DNA from: Polynucleobacter necessarius
GTDB taxonomy: Bacteria > Pseudomonadota > Gammaproteobacteria > Burkholderiales > Burkholderiaceae
DNA length: 32,000 nt
Direction of reading: 5' to 3'
NCBI RefSeq assembly: GCF_900095195.1
Contig: NZ_LT606950.1
Location: 1,341,946 to 1,373,945 of the forward strand
The translations under genes were made by a program, and so were the position numbers. The notes under the pieces are model-generated. The model was not told the origin of the DNA. It did no database searches and saw only the letters and a list, made by a program, of their open reading frames with translations. Numbering within the stretch: position 1 is the first letter of the stretch; each line of letters opens with the position of its first letter. Below, piece by piece: positions 1 to 10,192 of this stretch.

Positions 1-1108
1 ATTGCAACCCATTACGACCTTCAGCAACCGAATTGACTTTAATCCAAGCCAAGCCTTTTGCGCCATAGATGCTGACAAACTGAGTGTAGTCATCTATTTC
101 GCTACGACTGATTTCCGCGCCACCAGGAACACAAAGACCAACCACGCGACCACCGGTCTGATTGGCTGCGCCCGAAAACACTTTGAAATCAACATCCTTC
201 ATGAGATCTGTAAGCTCGGTGAACTCAAGGTTGACACGCAAATCCGGCTTATCCGAACCAAATCGTGCCATACCCTCTGAATACGGCATTGTTGGGAATG
301 GGTTTGGTAGCTCGACGTTCATTGTTTTCTTGAAAATATGACGAATCATATTTTCAAAGAGATCGCGAATCTCTAACTCACTCAAGAATGCAGTTTCACA
401 GTCAATCTGCGTAAATTCCGGTTGGCGGTCTGCGCGCAAATCTTCATCTCGGAAGCATTTGGTAATTTGGTAGTAACGATCAAAACCCGCCAACATTAAA
501 AGTTGCTTAAATAACTGCGGGGATTGGGGTAATGCAAAGAACTGACCATCATGCACGCGTGATGGGACTAAGTAATCACGTGCACCCTCTGGCGTGCTCT
601 TAGTCAGCATAGGAGTTTCGATATCGATAAATCCCGCATCGTCAAGATAACGACGGCACTCCATTGCCACGTTGTAACGTAAACGCAAGTGTTTTTGCAT
701 TTGTGGGCGACGAAGATCCAACACGCGGTGGGTTAAGCGAGTTGTCTCAGAAAGATTTTCATCGTCCAGTTGGAATGGCGGCGTAACAGAAGCATTCAAA
801 ATGACTAGGCTATGACAAAGAATCTCTACTTTTCCACTTACCAAATCGGTATTTTCAGTACCAGCTGGGCGCGCACGAACTAGACCCTTAATCTGAATAC
901 AGAACTCGTTACGAACCTGCTCTGCAAGTGCGAACATTTCTGGACGATCTGGATCACATACAACCTGCACAAAGCCTTCACGATCCCGCAAGTCAATAAA
1001 AATCACACCCCCATGGTCGCGGCGGCGGTTAACCCAACCGGAAAGGGTGACCTCTTGACCAATCAGTGCATCGGTTACTTGACCGCAATTATGGCTACGC
1101 ATTGACAT
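1..1108 (-). CDS. aspS: Aspartate--tRNA ligase, N-terminal ~369 codons; the 3' end runs off the window
   Basis: Manual reverse-complement translation from the ATG at 1108..1106 gives [45 protein letters not shown]...[44 protein letters not shown]... and stays open to position 1. It is absent from the ORF track because no stop codon falls inside the window. The sequence is typical of class II AspRS. Confidence 0.93.
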   Translation of the reverse strand, partial: MSMRSHNCGQVTDALIGQEVTLSGWVNRRRDHGGVIFIDLRDREGFVQVVCDPDRPEMFALAEQVRNEFCIQIKGLVRARPAGTENTDLVSGKVEILCHSLVILNASVTPPFQLDDENLSETTRLTHRVLDLRRPQMQKHLRLRYNVAMECRRYLDDAGFIDIETPMLTKSTPEGARDYLVPSRVHDGQFFALPQSPQLFKQLLMLAGFDRYYQITKCFRDEDLRADRQPEFTQIDCETAFLSELEIRDLFENMIRHIFKKTMNVELPNPFPTMPYSEGMARFGSDKPDLRVNLEFTELTDLMKDVDFKVFSGAANQTGGRVVGLCVPGGAEISRSEIDDYTQFVSIYGAKGLAWIKVNSVAEGRNGLQ

Positions 1109-1124
1109 AAGAATTTCCTAAAAA

Positions 1125-1778
1125 TCAAAAATAGTGTGCCGACTCAGTTGTAGTCAAGGCACTTGAATTGTTTGGTGGTACGGAGCCCATCGAAACAATG
1201 TGTTTCAGAGCCTCCTCTACACTCATCTCCAGCTCAATAGCTTGAGCACGAGGCACGATCATGAAAAATCCAGAAGTAGGATTTGGAGTGGTTGGCAAAA
1301 AGACGTTCACATAGTCTTCGCCCAATTTAGCAGTTACTTCTTTTGCTGGAGCACCCGTCTGAAAAGCGATTGCCCACGAGTCAGCGTGAGGATAACGAAT
1401 TAAGAGAGCCTTACTAAACGCTTGGCCACTTCCGGAAAATAGTGTTGATGACACTTGCTGTACGCTCGAATATATAGAGCGCACAACCGGAATGCGATTA
1501 ACAAACTTATCCCAAACCTTTAGCCACCACTGGCCCGCAAAACTAATCGCCAAAACACCCGTTAGCATGATGACGGCAATCACAATAGCGATACCCACCC
1601 CTGGCAGGTCACGGAAATACTGAAGGTCAACAGCAGCATCACGGGGAAGCACCAAAATAATGGCGTGCATTACTGATCCAAAGACGCCATCAAGCAAACC
1701 TAAGCCCCACGCAATCACCCAAATAGTGATCGAGAGCGGTGCCCAAACTAAGATGCCTGCAATAAAGTATTTTTTCAT
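1125..1778 (-). CDS. DUF502 family integral membrane protein
   Basis: 217-aa ORF with hydrophobic N-terminal helices (MKKYFIAGILVWAPLSITIWVIAWGL...) and an ...IPVVRSIYSSVQQV...FLPTTPNPTSGF... core typical of DUF502. It sits 16 nt upstream of aspS on the same strand. Confidence 0.75.
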   Translation of the reverse strand: MKKYFIAGILVWAPLSITIWVIAWGLGLLDGVFGSVMHAIILVLPRDAAVDLQYFRDLPGVGIAIVIAVIMLTGVLAISFAGQWWLKVWDKFVNRIPVVRSIYSSVQQVSSTLFSGSGQAFSKALLIRYPHADSWAIAFQTGAPAKEVTAKLGEDYVNVFLPTTPNPTSGFFMIVPRAQAIELEMSVEEALKHIVSMGSVPPNNSSALTTTESAHYF

Positions 1779-1830
1779 GTGTTCTGCCTAGCCCGCTATT
1801 TTAGCGTTTTAGAAGCCAAGCAGCGAAAGG

Positions 1831-3417
1831 CTAATAAATGCCTAGGCTGATAATCAAAATACCGGCCAAAAAGCCGCCTGCGAAGAGAAGGGCGCCAGTA
1901 ATCAAGCGATGCGTACGCCTTTCCTGCAATAAAAGTGCTTTTAAGACCTCTAATTCACCATTCTGATCTTTTAACTCAGCACGACTTTGGGCTAGGCTAT
2001 CGGCAATTAGGCGCGGCAAAGTTGGCAGGATTTTTGCCCAGAGAGGAGCCTCTTCTTTGAGGCCATCAATCAAGCCACGCCAGCCCAATTGCTTACCGAC
2101 CCATTTTTCTAAAATGGGTTTTGCGGTTTTCCAAAGATCTAAGTCAGGATCGAGCTGACGAGCTAGGCCCTCTACATTTAAAAGTGTCTTTTGGAGCAGA
2201 GTCAGTTGTGGCTGAATTTCCACCTTGAAGCGTCGAGAGGTTTGGAACAAGCGCATTAATACCAACCCCAAAGAAATCTCTTTCAAAGGGCGATCGAAGT
2301 AAGGTTCGCAAACGGATCGAACCGCACCCCCCAACTCTTCAACGCGAGTGTTTGCAGGAACCCATCCGGACTCAATATGCAACTCAGCAACACGACGATA
2401 GTCGCGATTAAAGAAAGCCAAGAAATTTAATGCTAAATAATTTTTATCTGACTCACTCAATGCACCAACAATTCCAAAATCCAAGGAAATGAAACGACCA
2501 AATGTTTCAGGTTGTAGGCTGATCATGATATTTCCGGGATGCATGTCTGCATGGAAAAAACCGTGCTCAAACACTTGAGTAAAGAATATTTCTACACCAT
2601 CCGCTGCCAATTTCTTAAAGTCAACACCAGCCGCACGAAGATCCGATGTGCGCCCTATAGAAAGGCCATCCATTCTTTCCATCACCATCACATTCGTATG
2701 GCAAAGATCCCAGTACATTTCCGGAATCATTAACTTCTTAGAATCGATAAAATTTCGCCGCAACTGGCTTGCATTAGCTGCTTCGCGCATGAGGTCCAAC
2801 TCATCATGCAAGTACGTATCGAACTCTGCAACATTCTCGCGGGGCTTTAAACGACGGCCATCTTCGGAGCTCTTCTCTACAATTTTGGCCAGGTCATACA
2901 TCAAGGCTAAATCACCTTCAATGACAGGCAATATACCGGGTCGGAGTACCTTAATGGCAACTGCTTTTTGCGTCCACTCAGGATGTTTTTCATTACCACG
3001 GAGCACCCCAAAATGCACTTGCGCCACAGAAGCGCTTGCGACCGGCGTAGCATCAAAACTAATAAACACTTCTTCAATCGACTGACCCAGAGCTTCTTCA
3101 ATAAGTCGGCGTGATTCTGCATTGGAAAACGGCGGTACCTGATCCTGCAACTTCGCTAACTCGTTCGCAATATCTTCAGGCAATAAGTCACGACGGGTTG
3201 AGAGTACTTGTCCAAACTTAACAAAAATTGGGCCAAGCGCTTCAAGCGTCAAACGTATGCGTTCACCCCTCGGCAGATTCCCACCCGGAGAAGTCCAACA
3301 AACAATCGTTAGCGCACCTCGACCGATGCCAGGCTTTAAAACATCTCGCAATAACGGCAGAAGACCAAAACGCCATGCCGTAAAGAAAATAAAACAAAGA
3401 CGGGCAATTCTGCGCAC
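1831..3417 (-). CDS. ubiB: Ubiquinone biosynthesis regulatory protein kinase UbiB (ABC1/ADCK family)
   Basis: 528-aa ORF with [46 protein letters not shown] and [11 protein letters not shown] motifs plus a C-terminal TM segment. It follows ubiJ after a 3-nt gap. Confidence 0.92.
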   Translation of the reverse strand: MRRIARLCFIFFTAWRFGLLPLLRDVLKPGIGRGALTIVCWTSPGGNLPRGERIRLTLEALGPIFVKFGQVLSTRRDLLPEDIANELAKLQDQVPPFSNAESRRLIEEALGQSIEEVFISFDATPVASASVAQVHFGVLRGNEKHPEWTQKAVAIKVLRPGILPVIEGDLALMYDLAKIVEKSSEDGRRLKPRENVAEFDTYLHDELDLMREAANASQLRRNFIDSKKLMIPEMYWDLCHTNVMVMERMDGLSIGRTSDLRAAGVDFKKLAADGVEIFFTQVFEHGFFHADMHPGNIMISLQPETFGRFISLDFGIVGALSESDKNYLALNFLAFFNRDYRRVAELHIESGWVPANTRVEELGGAVRSVCEPYFDRPLKEISLGLVLMRLFQTSRRFKVEIQPQLTLLQKTLLNVEGLARQLDPDLDLWKTAKPILEKWVGKQLGWRGLIDGLKEEAPLWAKILPTLPRLIADSLAQSRAELKDQNGELEVLKALLLQERRTHRLITGALLFAGGFLAGILIISLGIY

Positions 3418-3420
3418 GAT

Positions 3421-4041
3421 TTAGTTAGCCCTTTTTTGAATAAATTGAATGCGCTTCTCCAAGCGATCTACCGCCTCACGTACGTTATTAAGCTCGACTT
3501 TATGGGCTAAAAAATCACGTTTGTTTAAAAGCACTTTTCTCTCTTCGCTAACGTACTCAACGACATTGTCCAACAAATCCAATGCGGCTAAACGCGAAGC
3601 AGAAACGACTTTTTTACCCTGTCGAACAGCAAAATGAGCTAGTGCATCGCCGATAAATTCCGCCAAATCCTCTTCATAATCCCAACGTAGCTGACCAACT
3701 AAACGGCCAATTAATTGAGCCAACTCAGCATCGCCCGTAATTTTGACAGCTTTAAATGCCTGCTCTTTTAGCTTTCCTGAAGGGATGGTGAATCCACCCA
3801 GTGCCTTTGCAGAGATCTCCAGAGCAAGCGAGGGGGTTTCCAATTCATTTAATGACTCTAAATACCCTGAGGGAGTAATCGCAAAACAGAGGTGTCCGAA
3901 TGGGGTCTGCACTAAAACCGTTTTCCCCGTGTGCTTTACTAACTCAGCGCACGCCCAAGGCTCGCGCCCCAAGACATGATTTATCCCACGGCAAACCGCA
4001 CTTGCGGCAATTGAATGGGTAGATGTTGTCAGTGTGTTCAT
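3421..4041 (-). CDS. ubiJ: Ubiquinone biosynthesis accessory factor UbiJ (SCP2 lipid-binding domain protein)
   Basis: 206-aa ORF with the GDAELAQLIGRLVGQLRWDYEEDLAEFIGDALAH motif characteristic of UbiJ/YigP and a C-terminal coiled-coil-like tail. It sits in the conserved position between ubiE and ubiB. Confidence 0.8.
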   Translation of the reverse strand: MNTLTTSTHSIAASAVCRGINHVLGREPWACAELVKHTGKTVLVQTPFGHLCFAITPSGYLESLNELETPSLALEISAKALGGFTIPSGKLKEQAFKAVKITGDAELAQLIGRLVGQLRWDYEEDLAEFIGDALAHFAVRQGKKVVSASRLAALDLLDNVVEYVSEERKVLLNKRDFLAHKVELNNVREAVDRLEKRIQFIQKRAN

Positions 4042-4045
4042 AAGT

Positions 4046-4073
4046 ATAAAAAACCCGCACTAAGGCGGGTTTT
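4046..4073 (-). terminator. Rho-independent-terminator-like hairpin between the Tim44-like gene and ubiJ
   Basis: The minus strand reads GGAAAACCCGC-CTTAGT-GCGGGTTTTTTATACTT-ATG. The stem is 7 bp (4052-4058 paired with 4065-4071), the loop is 6 nt, and a T-run follows. The structure ends 6 nt before the ubiJ start codon. Confidence 0.55.
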
Positions 4074-4094
4074 CCAACGGAAATTACCTAGAGC

Positions 4095-5015
4095 TTAAAC
4101 CAACTGAGAGATACCTGCTAGTACCCAGCCTCCTGGGCCATCCACAGGCTTACTCAGATTCCAAATTTCAGAGAAATCGCTAGCCGGCGCATTTTGCTGT
4201 TCACGAATTGCTCCGCTAAACCGTACGCTACAGAAATAGTGCGCATTTGCAGTCTCAATTCCCAACAAGCGAGCATTAATAGCAACCACATCGGTTTGAT
4301 TTGGGCTTTCAGCACGTCCCGCTAAATCCTGTTGAATTGTGGAAAACATTTCAGGCGTAGTGAATTCTTGCAGAGATACTAAGTCACCTTGATCCCATGC
4401 TTTTTGTAAGACTATAAAATACTGCTTTGCATTTTCCAAAAAAGTTCGCTCATCAAATCCAGGGGGCATCGTGGATTGAAATGTCTCAGGCTCTACACCT
4501 ACTCCAGCAAAAGCATTTGCAGCAAGAGTAGAAGCCGGCTCTTGTCTGACACCAGAGTCAATGTTGGCGCGCTGCATACCAGCGGAAGGAACATTGGAAC
4601 GTTGTCCAGCGCTCGACATTGCTGGCAATAGTCTGCGAATTAAAAAGATGATGACAAAACCTGCCAGCATTGCAATTAATAGACCGGTCATGAAAGACGC
4701 TGCAGCTTCACCCAATCCAAAGTGAGACAACAGATAGCCAATGCCTAAGCCTGCAGCTAATCCACCCAGAATTCCGCCCATACCCCCAAAGCGACTAGGC
4801 GCAGGAGCTTGAGGCGGCTGAGGTGCTGCAGCTGGAGCGGTGGGTTGAGCCTGTTGAGCAGGTTTTTGTGCAGGAGTGGCCTGCTTGTGTATTGGTGCAC
4901 CAGGAGCTCTACCAATATTTTTACCCCAACCAAGACGAGCAGCTTCAACTGAACCAACCGTCGCGAATATTAACGTTAAGCTTACTAAAGCAGCTTTTAA
5001 AAAATGTTTGTTCAT
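4095..5015 (-). CDS. Tim44-like domain protein (signal peptide, P/Q/A-rich linker, Gly-rich TM region, C-terminal Tim44/NTF2-like domain)
   Basis: 306-aa ORF with an N-terminal signal-like MNKHFLKAALVSLTLIFATVGSVEA, a low-complexity stretch PAQKPAQQAQPTAPAAAPQPPQAPAPS, and hydrophobic GGILGGLAAGLGIGYLL...LIAMLAGFVIIFLIRRLL. The C-terminal ~150 aa (FDERTFLENAKQYFIVLQKAWDQGD...WNLSKPVDGPGGWVLAGISQ) resembles bacterial Tim44-like proteins found in ubi clusters. Confidence 0.75.
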   Translation of the reverse strand: MNKHFLKAALVSLTLIFATVGSVEAARLGWGKNIGRAPGAPIHKQATPAQKPAQQAQPTAPAAAPQPPQAPAPSRFGGMGGILGGLAAGLGIGYLLSHFGLGEAAASFMTGLLIAMLAGFVIIFLIRRLLPAMSSAGQRSNVPSAGMQRANIDSGVRQEPASTLAANAFAGVGVEPETFQSTMPPGFDERTFLENAKQYFIVLQKAWDQGDLVSLQEFTTPEMFSTIQQDLAGRAESPNQTDVVAINARLLGIETANAHYFCSVRFSGAIREQQNAPASDFSEIWNLSKPVDGPGGWVLAGISQLV

Positions 5016-5089
5016 TTCTTTTACCTCTCTTTACTCTTCTAATAACAACTTTGTTGTTTACGTTTAAGAGCGTAAAAACTATACAACTA

Positions 5090-5833
5090 TCAGTATTTAA
5101 TACCAATATGTAAGGCGACGATACCCCCAGTCATTCTGTGGGTTTCAACATCATCAAAACCTACTCCCAACATCGTTTCCTTAAGGATGTCTGCATCGGG
5201 GTGCATACGAATGGATTCGGCTAGATAACGATAGCTTTCAGAATCCTGAGCAATTTTTTCACCCAACCACGGTAATACTTTGAATGAATATGCGTCGTAG
5301 ACGGGCTGTAGGAATGCATCTGGCTTTGAGAACTCTAGGACCAATACGCGACCGCCTGGCTTAATTACCCTGGACATCTCGGCAAGCGCGACATCCTTGT
5401 GCGTCATATTGCGCAAACCAAACGCAACAGTAACCACATCAAAGTGGTTGCTTGGAAAAGGAATCTTTTCTGCGTCAAATTGCACACAAGGTAAAGCCAT
5501 ACCCCGGTCCAGCAAACGATCTCGGCCTACCCCAAGCATTGAAGCATTAATGTCGCTCAGCCACACCTGTGCATCAGAGTTGCTGCCCCAATCAGCAGCT
5601 TTGGCAAAAGCTGCGGCGAGATCACCGGTGCCGCCAGCAATATCCAATATCTTTTGACCAGGGCGCACATTCGCTCTTGCAATGGTAATTTTTTTCCAGA
5701 CGCGGTGTAGTCCGAGCGACATTAAATCATTCATTACATCGTATTTGCTGGCTACAGAATGAAACACTTCAGCGACTTTTCCAGCCTTTTCGGCTTCATC
5801 GACGCTTTGATAACCAAAATGGGTCTTACTCAT
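5090..5833 (-). CDS. ubiE: Demethylmenaquinone / 2-methoxy-6-polyprenyl-1,4-benzoquinol C-methyltransferase UbiE
   Basis: ORF 5090..5848. The homolog-like N-terminus [48 protein letters not shown] starts at the ATG at 5833..5831, which shares one nucleotide with the TAA of the upstream DUF971 gene (TAATG). The SAM motif [11 protein letters not shown] is present. Confidence 0.92.
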   Translation of the reverse strand: MSKTHFGYQSVDEAEKAGKVAEVFHSVASKYDVMNDLMSLGLHRVWKKITIARANVRPGQKILDIAGGTGDLAAAFAKAADWGSNSDAQVWLSDINASMLGVGRDRLLDRGMALPCVQFDAEKIPFPSNHFDVVTVAFGLRNMTHKDVALAEMSRVIKPGGRVLVLEFSKPDAFLQPVYDAYSFKVLPWLGEKIAQDSESYRYLAESIRMHPDADILKETMLGVGFDDVETHRMTGGIVALHIGIKY

Positions 5834-6219
5834 TAATGACTTCCACAAGAATGGCCTTGCTTAATCATGGGCGCATCACGATCAAGACCTGCGGCTGCTA
5901 ATTTATTCAAATAGTCCCTCCATACCCACTCTTGGTTTTCGCACAAGAAATGCAAATACTCCCAGGTGTAAAGACCGGAGTCATGTCCATCCGAAAACGT
6001 GGGCTTTAAGGCATAGTGCCCTACAGGCTCCATACTGGCGATCGATACCTCGCGTTTGCCAGTTTGCAGTGTCTCCTGTCCTGGTCCATGACCTTGTACC
6101 TCAGCGGATGGTGAAAGAACCCTTAACAATTCAAAAGGTAGACGATAAGTGCTGCCATCGTCATAAGAGAGCTCCAAAACCTTTGATTGTTGATGCACAA
6201 CAATATTCGTCGGAATCAT
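5833..6219 (-). CDS. DUF971 domain protein (gamma-butyrobetaine hydroxylase-like N-terminal domain family)
   Basis: 128-aa ORF reading ...[75 protein letters not shown]..., which is typical of DUF971. Both ends overlap their neighbours by 1 nt as TAATG (6221..6217 and 5835..5831). Confidence 0.75.
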   Translation of the reverse strand: MIPTNIVVHQQSKVLELSYDDGSTYRLPFELLRVLSPSAEVQGHGPGQETLQTGKREVSIASMEPVGHYALKPTFSDGHDSGLYTWEYLHFLCENQEWVWRDYLNKLAAAGLDRDAPMIKQGHSCGSH

Positions 6220-9200
6220 TACACCAATACCCTTTCAATACCGCCTTGATTTGCTTTAGCAACGTAATCTTGCATCCAGTTCTCACAAAGCAATTTTTGA
6301 GCCATCTCTACCACGATGTAATCAGCGGTGGTGCCACTATCCGCATTAAAGCGCGTCAGGCCCTGCAAGCAAGATGGGCAGCTAGTGAGCACTTTGACAT
6401 CACCAGTAAAGTCACCTTTACGCAATTCATTTGCACCCTTTTCCATTTCGATTTGCTTGCGAAAGCGAACTTGCGTCGATATATCTGGGCGAGTCACAGC
6501 AAGCGTTCCAGATTCGCCACAGCAACGATCGTTCTTCGCAATAGCTTTGCCATCCTCTAGTTGAATAAGTTCGTTGACAGTCTTTAATGGATCTTGCAAC
6601 TTCATTGGGGAGTGGCATGGATCGTGATACACATATTTCACACCAGTGACACCAGAAAGCTTGACCCCTTTTTCTGCCAAGAACTCATGAATATCGACAA
6701 TGCGACAACCTGGGAAAATTTGTTCAAACTGATAACCAGCCAATTGGTCGTAACATGTCCCGCAAGACACTACGACTGTCTTAATATCAAGATAGTTCAG
6801 CGTGTTGGCAACTCGATGAAACAAAACACGGTTATCCGCGATCATTTTCTCGGCTTTATCAAAGTCCCCATTGCCACGTTGTGGATAGCCACAGCAAAGG
6901 TAGCCCGGAGGCAATACTGTTTGTACGCCAACATTCCATAGCATTGCTTGGGTCGCTAATCCCACCTGCGAAAACAAGCGTTCAGAACCACAACCTGGGA
7001 AATAAAACACTGCCTCGGTATCGGCTGAAGTCGTTTTAGGATCACGAATAATCGGCACATAGTTTGCATCCTCAATATCAAGGAGGGCACGAGCAGTTTT
7101 CTTTGGCAAATTGCCAGGCATCTTTTTATTAACAAAGAAAATCACCTGCTCTTTAACGCTCGGTTTACCAACTGTTGCGGGTGGATGCGCAGTTTGCTGT
7201 TTTGCAAATTTACGCAAAATATCGTTACCTAGTCGTTGCAGCTTATAGCCCCAGCCAATCATCGTCTTACGAGCCAAGTGAATACTTTCTGGGCTCGTAG
7301 CATTTAAAAAGAACATTGATGCGGCAGTTCCCGGATTAAAGCGCCGCTGACCCATTTTGCGCAAAAGGTTACGCATATTCATGGTGACATCGCCGAAATC
7401 AATCTTGACCGGGCAAGGAGTTAAGCACTTGTGACAAACTGTGCAGTGCGCAGCTACATCATCAAACATTTCCCAGTGACGAATAGACACTCCGCGACGG
7501 GTTTGCTCCTCATATAAAAATGCCTCAATCAACAATGAGGTAGCTAAAATTTTGTCTCTCGGGCTGTACAGCAAATTTGCACGCGGTACGTGCGTAGAGC
7601 AAACTGGCTTGCATTTACCGCAACGTAAACAATCTTTCACACTATCGGCAATTGCGCCGATATCACTTTGCTGCATGATGATGGACTCATGGCCCATCAA
7701 ACCAAAACTCGGGGTATAAGCCATACTGAGATCAGCATGTGGCATTAACTTACCCTTGTTAAATCGACCCTCAGGATCAACACGATTTTTGTAGCTACGG
7801 AAGTCTTTCAACTCGGCCTCTGTTAGATACTCCAACTTAGTAATGCCAATTCCATGCTCTCCAGAGATGACTCCATCCAAAGAGCGTGCCAACTTCATGA
7901 TGCGATCCACTGCACGATGCGCATCTTGCAGCATCTCGTAATCGTCCGAGTTGACAGGAATATTGGTATGCACATTACCGTCGCCAGCGTGCATGTGCAA
8001 AGCCACAAATACGCGCTTGCGAAGAATATTTTTATGAATTGCCTCGAGCTCAGCCAAAATTGGCTCAAACGCTAAGCCGCCAAAAATAATACGCAACTCA
8101 GAGCGAACCTCCTCTTTCCAGGACGCGCGCAAACTGTAGTTCTGTAATTGCGGAAAATAGGCATCCATCTGGGTTAACCACTCAGACCAACACCCACGAA
8201 CCTTAGCGATTAAATCGAGCGCCTGTTGGACACGATCACCCAAAATTTCTGCAGTTGGAATTTCATAATCTTCTTCATTCTTACCTAATGGTAAGGCACT
8301 CTTTTTTAAGAAGTTTTCTAAACTATCCAGAACTTGAAGTTTATTTTTTAGAGATAACTCAATGTTGATGCGATCAATACCATCGATGTACTCGCCCATT
8401 CGGGATAATGGAATCACCACGTCTTCATTAATCTTAAATGCGTTGGTGTGGCGCGCGATCGCTGCAGTTCTTGCGCGATCCAACCAAAATTTCTTACGCG
8501 CTTCAGCGCTTACCGCAACAAAACCCTCACCAACCCGTAAATTGGCCATACGCACAACTTCACTCGTAGCAGCAGCAACAGCCTCTTCGTCATCGCCTGC
8601 AATGTCGCCAATTAATACCATTTTCGGCAAACTATTGCGCTTAGACTTGGTTGAGTAGCCTACGGCACGGAGATAGCGATCATCCAAATGCTCAAGGCCG
8701 GCCAAAATAGCCCCCCCTTGTTTACTTAGGCTCTCAAGGTACGCCTTAATTTCAACAATACTCGGAATAGCTTCACGAGCTTGACCGAAAAACTCAAGGC
8801 AGACTGTACGCATAAATTTTGGCATGCGATGCAATACCCAAGTTGCGCTAGTAATCAAACCATCGCAACCTTCTTTTTGTACGCCAGGTAAACCTGCTAA
8901 AAATTTATCGGTAACGTCTTTGCCCAAACCTTCCTTACGAAAACGCTTGCCTTCCACTTCCAAAAGTTCGGTTTTTAAAACGCGTTGACCTGGCTCGCTA
9001 TTTCCATCGGACCACGTTAACTCAAAGCGAGCTTTTTCGACATCATGAATCTTGCCAAGGTTGTGGTCCAAACGCACAACATCTAACCAATTTCCCTCGG
9101 GATCAACCATGCGCCAGCTAGCGAGATTATCTAAGGCCGTACCCCAGAGCACCGCCTTTTTACCGCCAGCATTCATGGCAATATTGCCGCCAATACAACT

Positions 9201-10058
9201 GGCATCAGCAGAAGTCGGGTCTACAGCAAACACTAATCCAGCGTGCTCAGCGGCATCGGAAACGCGACGCGTAACAACACCAGCACCTGTAAAAATGGTT
9301 GAAACCTCATGGCTCACACCGGGCAAGTGTTTTAACTTCACACCACCAATGTCTTGTAATTTTTCAGTATTAATAACCGCAGACATTGCATATAACGGAA
9401 TGGCACCTCCGGTATACCCAGTACCGCCCCCGCGTGGAATGATCGTGAGGCCCAATTCGACACATGCTTTAACAAGCCCAGGAATTTCAGATTCGTAATC
9501 AGGCTTGAGAACAGCCAAGGGAAACTCAACACGCCAATCCGTAGCATCAGTAACGTGTGCTGCACGAGATACACCATCAAAACAAATATTGTCACTGGCT
9601 GTATGGCGACCTAACTCCTTGCGTGCACGTTTACGGATTTGCTCAACCTCTTTAAATCCGTTTTCAAAATTTTCAATCGCACGGTAAGCGGCGCTTAATA
9701 AAATTTCAACTTGATCAGCAGAGTCGCCGTTATTGCGTTTTTTTACCTCACCCAAACGGTGCCAAAGCGCATTGATTAATTGTTGGCGGCGATTTGGATT
9801 ATCAAGAAGGTCGTCCTGCAAAAAGGGGTTGCGTTGAACCACCCAAATATCACCTAAGATTTCAAACAACATACGCGCCGAACGGCCAGTACGACGGACG
9901 CCGCGCAATTCATTCAAAACACGCCAAGATTCCTCACCCAACAGGCGAATCACAATTTCTCGGTCGGAAAAGGAAGTGTAGTTGTAAGGAATTTCGCGAA
10001 GACGGGGAGAACCTGCCTCAGCATCCAACAACTGGTTCAAAGCTAAAGGTGCATTCAT
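6219..10058 (-). CDS. Large multidomain FAD-linked oxidase / 4Fe-4S / CCG-domain oxidoreductase (DUF3683 N-terminus; GlcD-GlcF-like fusion)
   Basis: 1279-aa ORF. The N-terminus [19 protein letters not shown] is DUF3683-like. FAD-binding PCMH-type motifs are [16 protein letters not shown] and [12 protein letters not shown]...[10 protein letters not shown]. There are two ferredoxin-type clusters, [14 protein letters not shown] and [16 protein letters not shown]. Cysteine-rich CCG-like repeats are [29 protein letters not shown] and SCPSCLQG. Confidence 0.8.
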   Translation of the reverse strand: MNAPLALNQLLDAEAGSPRLREIPYNYTSFSDREIVIRLLGEESWRVLNELRGVRRTGRSARMLFEILGDIWVVQRNPFLQDDLLDNPNRRQQLINALWHRLGEVKKRNNGDSADQVEILLSAAYRAIENFENGFKEVEQIRKRARKELGRHTASDNICFDGVSRAAHVTDATDWRVEFPLAVLKPDYESEIPGLVKACVELGLTIIPRGGGTGYTGGAIPLYAMSAVINTEKLQDIGGVKLKHLPGVSHEVSTIFTGAGVVTRRVSDAAEHAGLVFAVDPTSADASCIGGNIAMNAGGKKAVLWGTALDNLASWRMVDPEGNWLDVVRLDHNLGKIHDVEKARFELTWSDGNSEPGQRVLKTELLEVEGKRFRKEGLGKDVTDKFLAGLPGVQKEGCDGLITSATWVLHRMPKFMRTVCLEFFGQAREAIPSIVEIKAYLESLSKQGGAILAGLEHLDDRYLRAVGYSTKSKRNSLPKMVLIGDIAGDDEEAVAAATSEVVRMANLRVGEGFVAVSAEARKKFWLDRARTAAIARHTNAFKINEDVVIPLSRMGEYIDGIDRINIELSLKNKLQVLDSLENFLKKSALPLGKNEEDYEIPTAEILGDRVQQALDLIAKVRGCWSEWLTQMDAYFPQLQNYSLRASWKEEVRSELRIIFGGLAFEPILAELEAIHKNILRKRVFVALHMHAGDGNVHTNIPVNSDDYEMLQDAHRAVDRIMKLARSLDGVISGEHGIGITKLEYLTEAELKDFRSYKNRVDPEGRFNKGKLMPHADLSMAYTPSFGLMGHESIIMQQSDIGAIADSVKDCLRCGKCKPVCSTHVPRANLLYSPRDKILATSLLIEAFLYEEQTRRGVSIRHWEMFDDVAAHCTVCHKCLTPCPVKIDFGDVTMNMRNLLRKMGQRRFNPGTAASMFFLNATSPESIHLARKTMIGWGYKLQRLGNDILRKFAKQQTAHPPATVGKPSVKEQVIFFVNKKMPGNLPKKTARALLDIEDANYVPIIRDPKTTSADTEAVFYFPGCGSERLFSQVGLATQAMLWNVGVQTVLPPGYLCCGYPQRGNGDFDKAEKMIADNRVLFHRVANTLNYLDIKTVVVSCGTCYDQLAGYQFEQIFPGCRIVDIHEFLAEKGVKLSGVTGVKYVYHDPCHSPMKLQDPLKTVNELIQLEDGKAIAKNDRCCGESGTLAVTRPDISTQVRFRKQIEMEKGANELRKGDFTGDVKVLTSCPSCLQGLTRFNADSGTTADYIVVEMAQKLLCENWMQDYVAKANQGGIERVLV

Positions 10059-10192
10059 AGCGACATATTTGGTAAATACGCATTTTAATTGAGCAATATT
10101 GATACTGTCAGGAATTAGGGAAAGTTACTCCCCAAATGGATAAACCCCTGCAAATCTAAGGGCTTAGGCTCCATCCGTGGTACGCTCATCGC

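Noticed and set aside
2-280. 92-aa plus-strand ORF at the window start
   Set aside because: It lies entirely antisense to a clear, uninterrupted AspRS reading frame (1..1108, minus strand) and has no recognisable family features. It is an antisense artefact.
4757-5113. Several 60-100-aa ORFs on both strands over the 5' part of the Tim44-like gene
   Set aside because: They are produced by the low-complexity P/Q/A-encoding repeat-like sequence and its complement. The 306-aa frame with a signal peptide and a Tim44-like domain explains the region.
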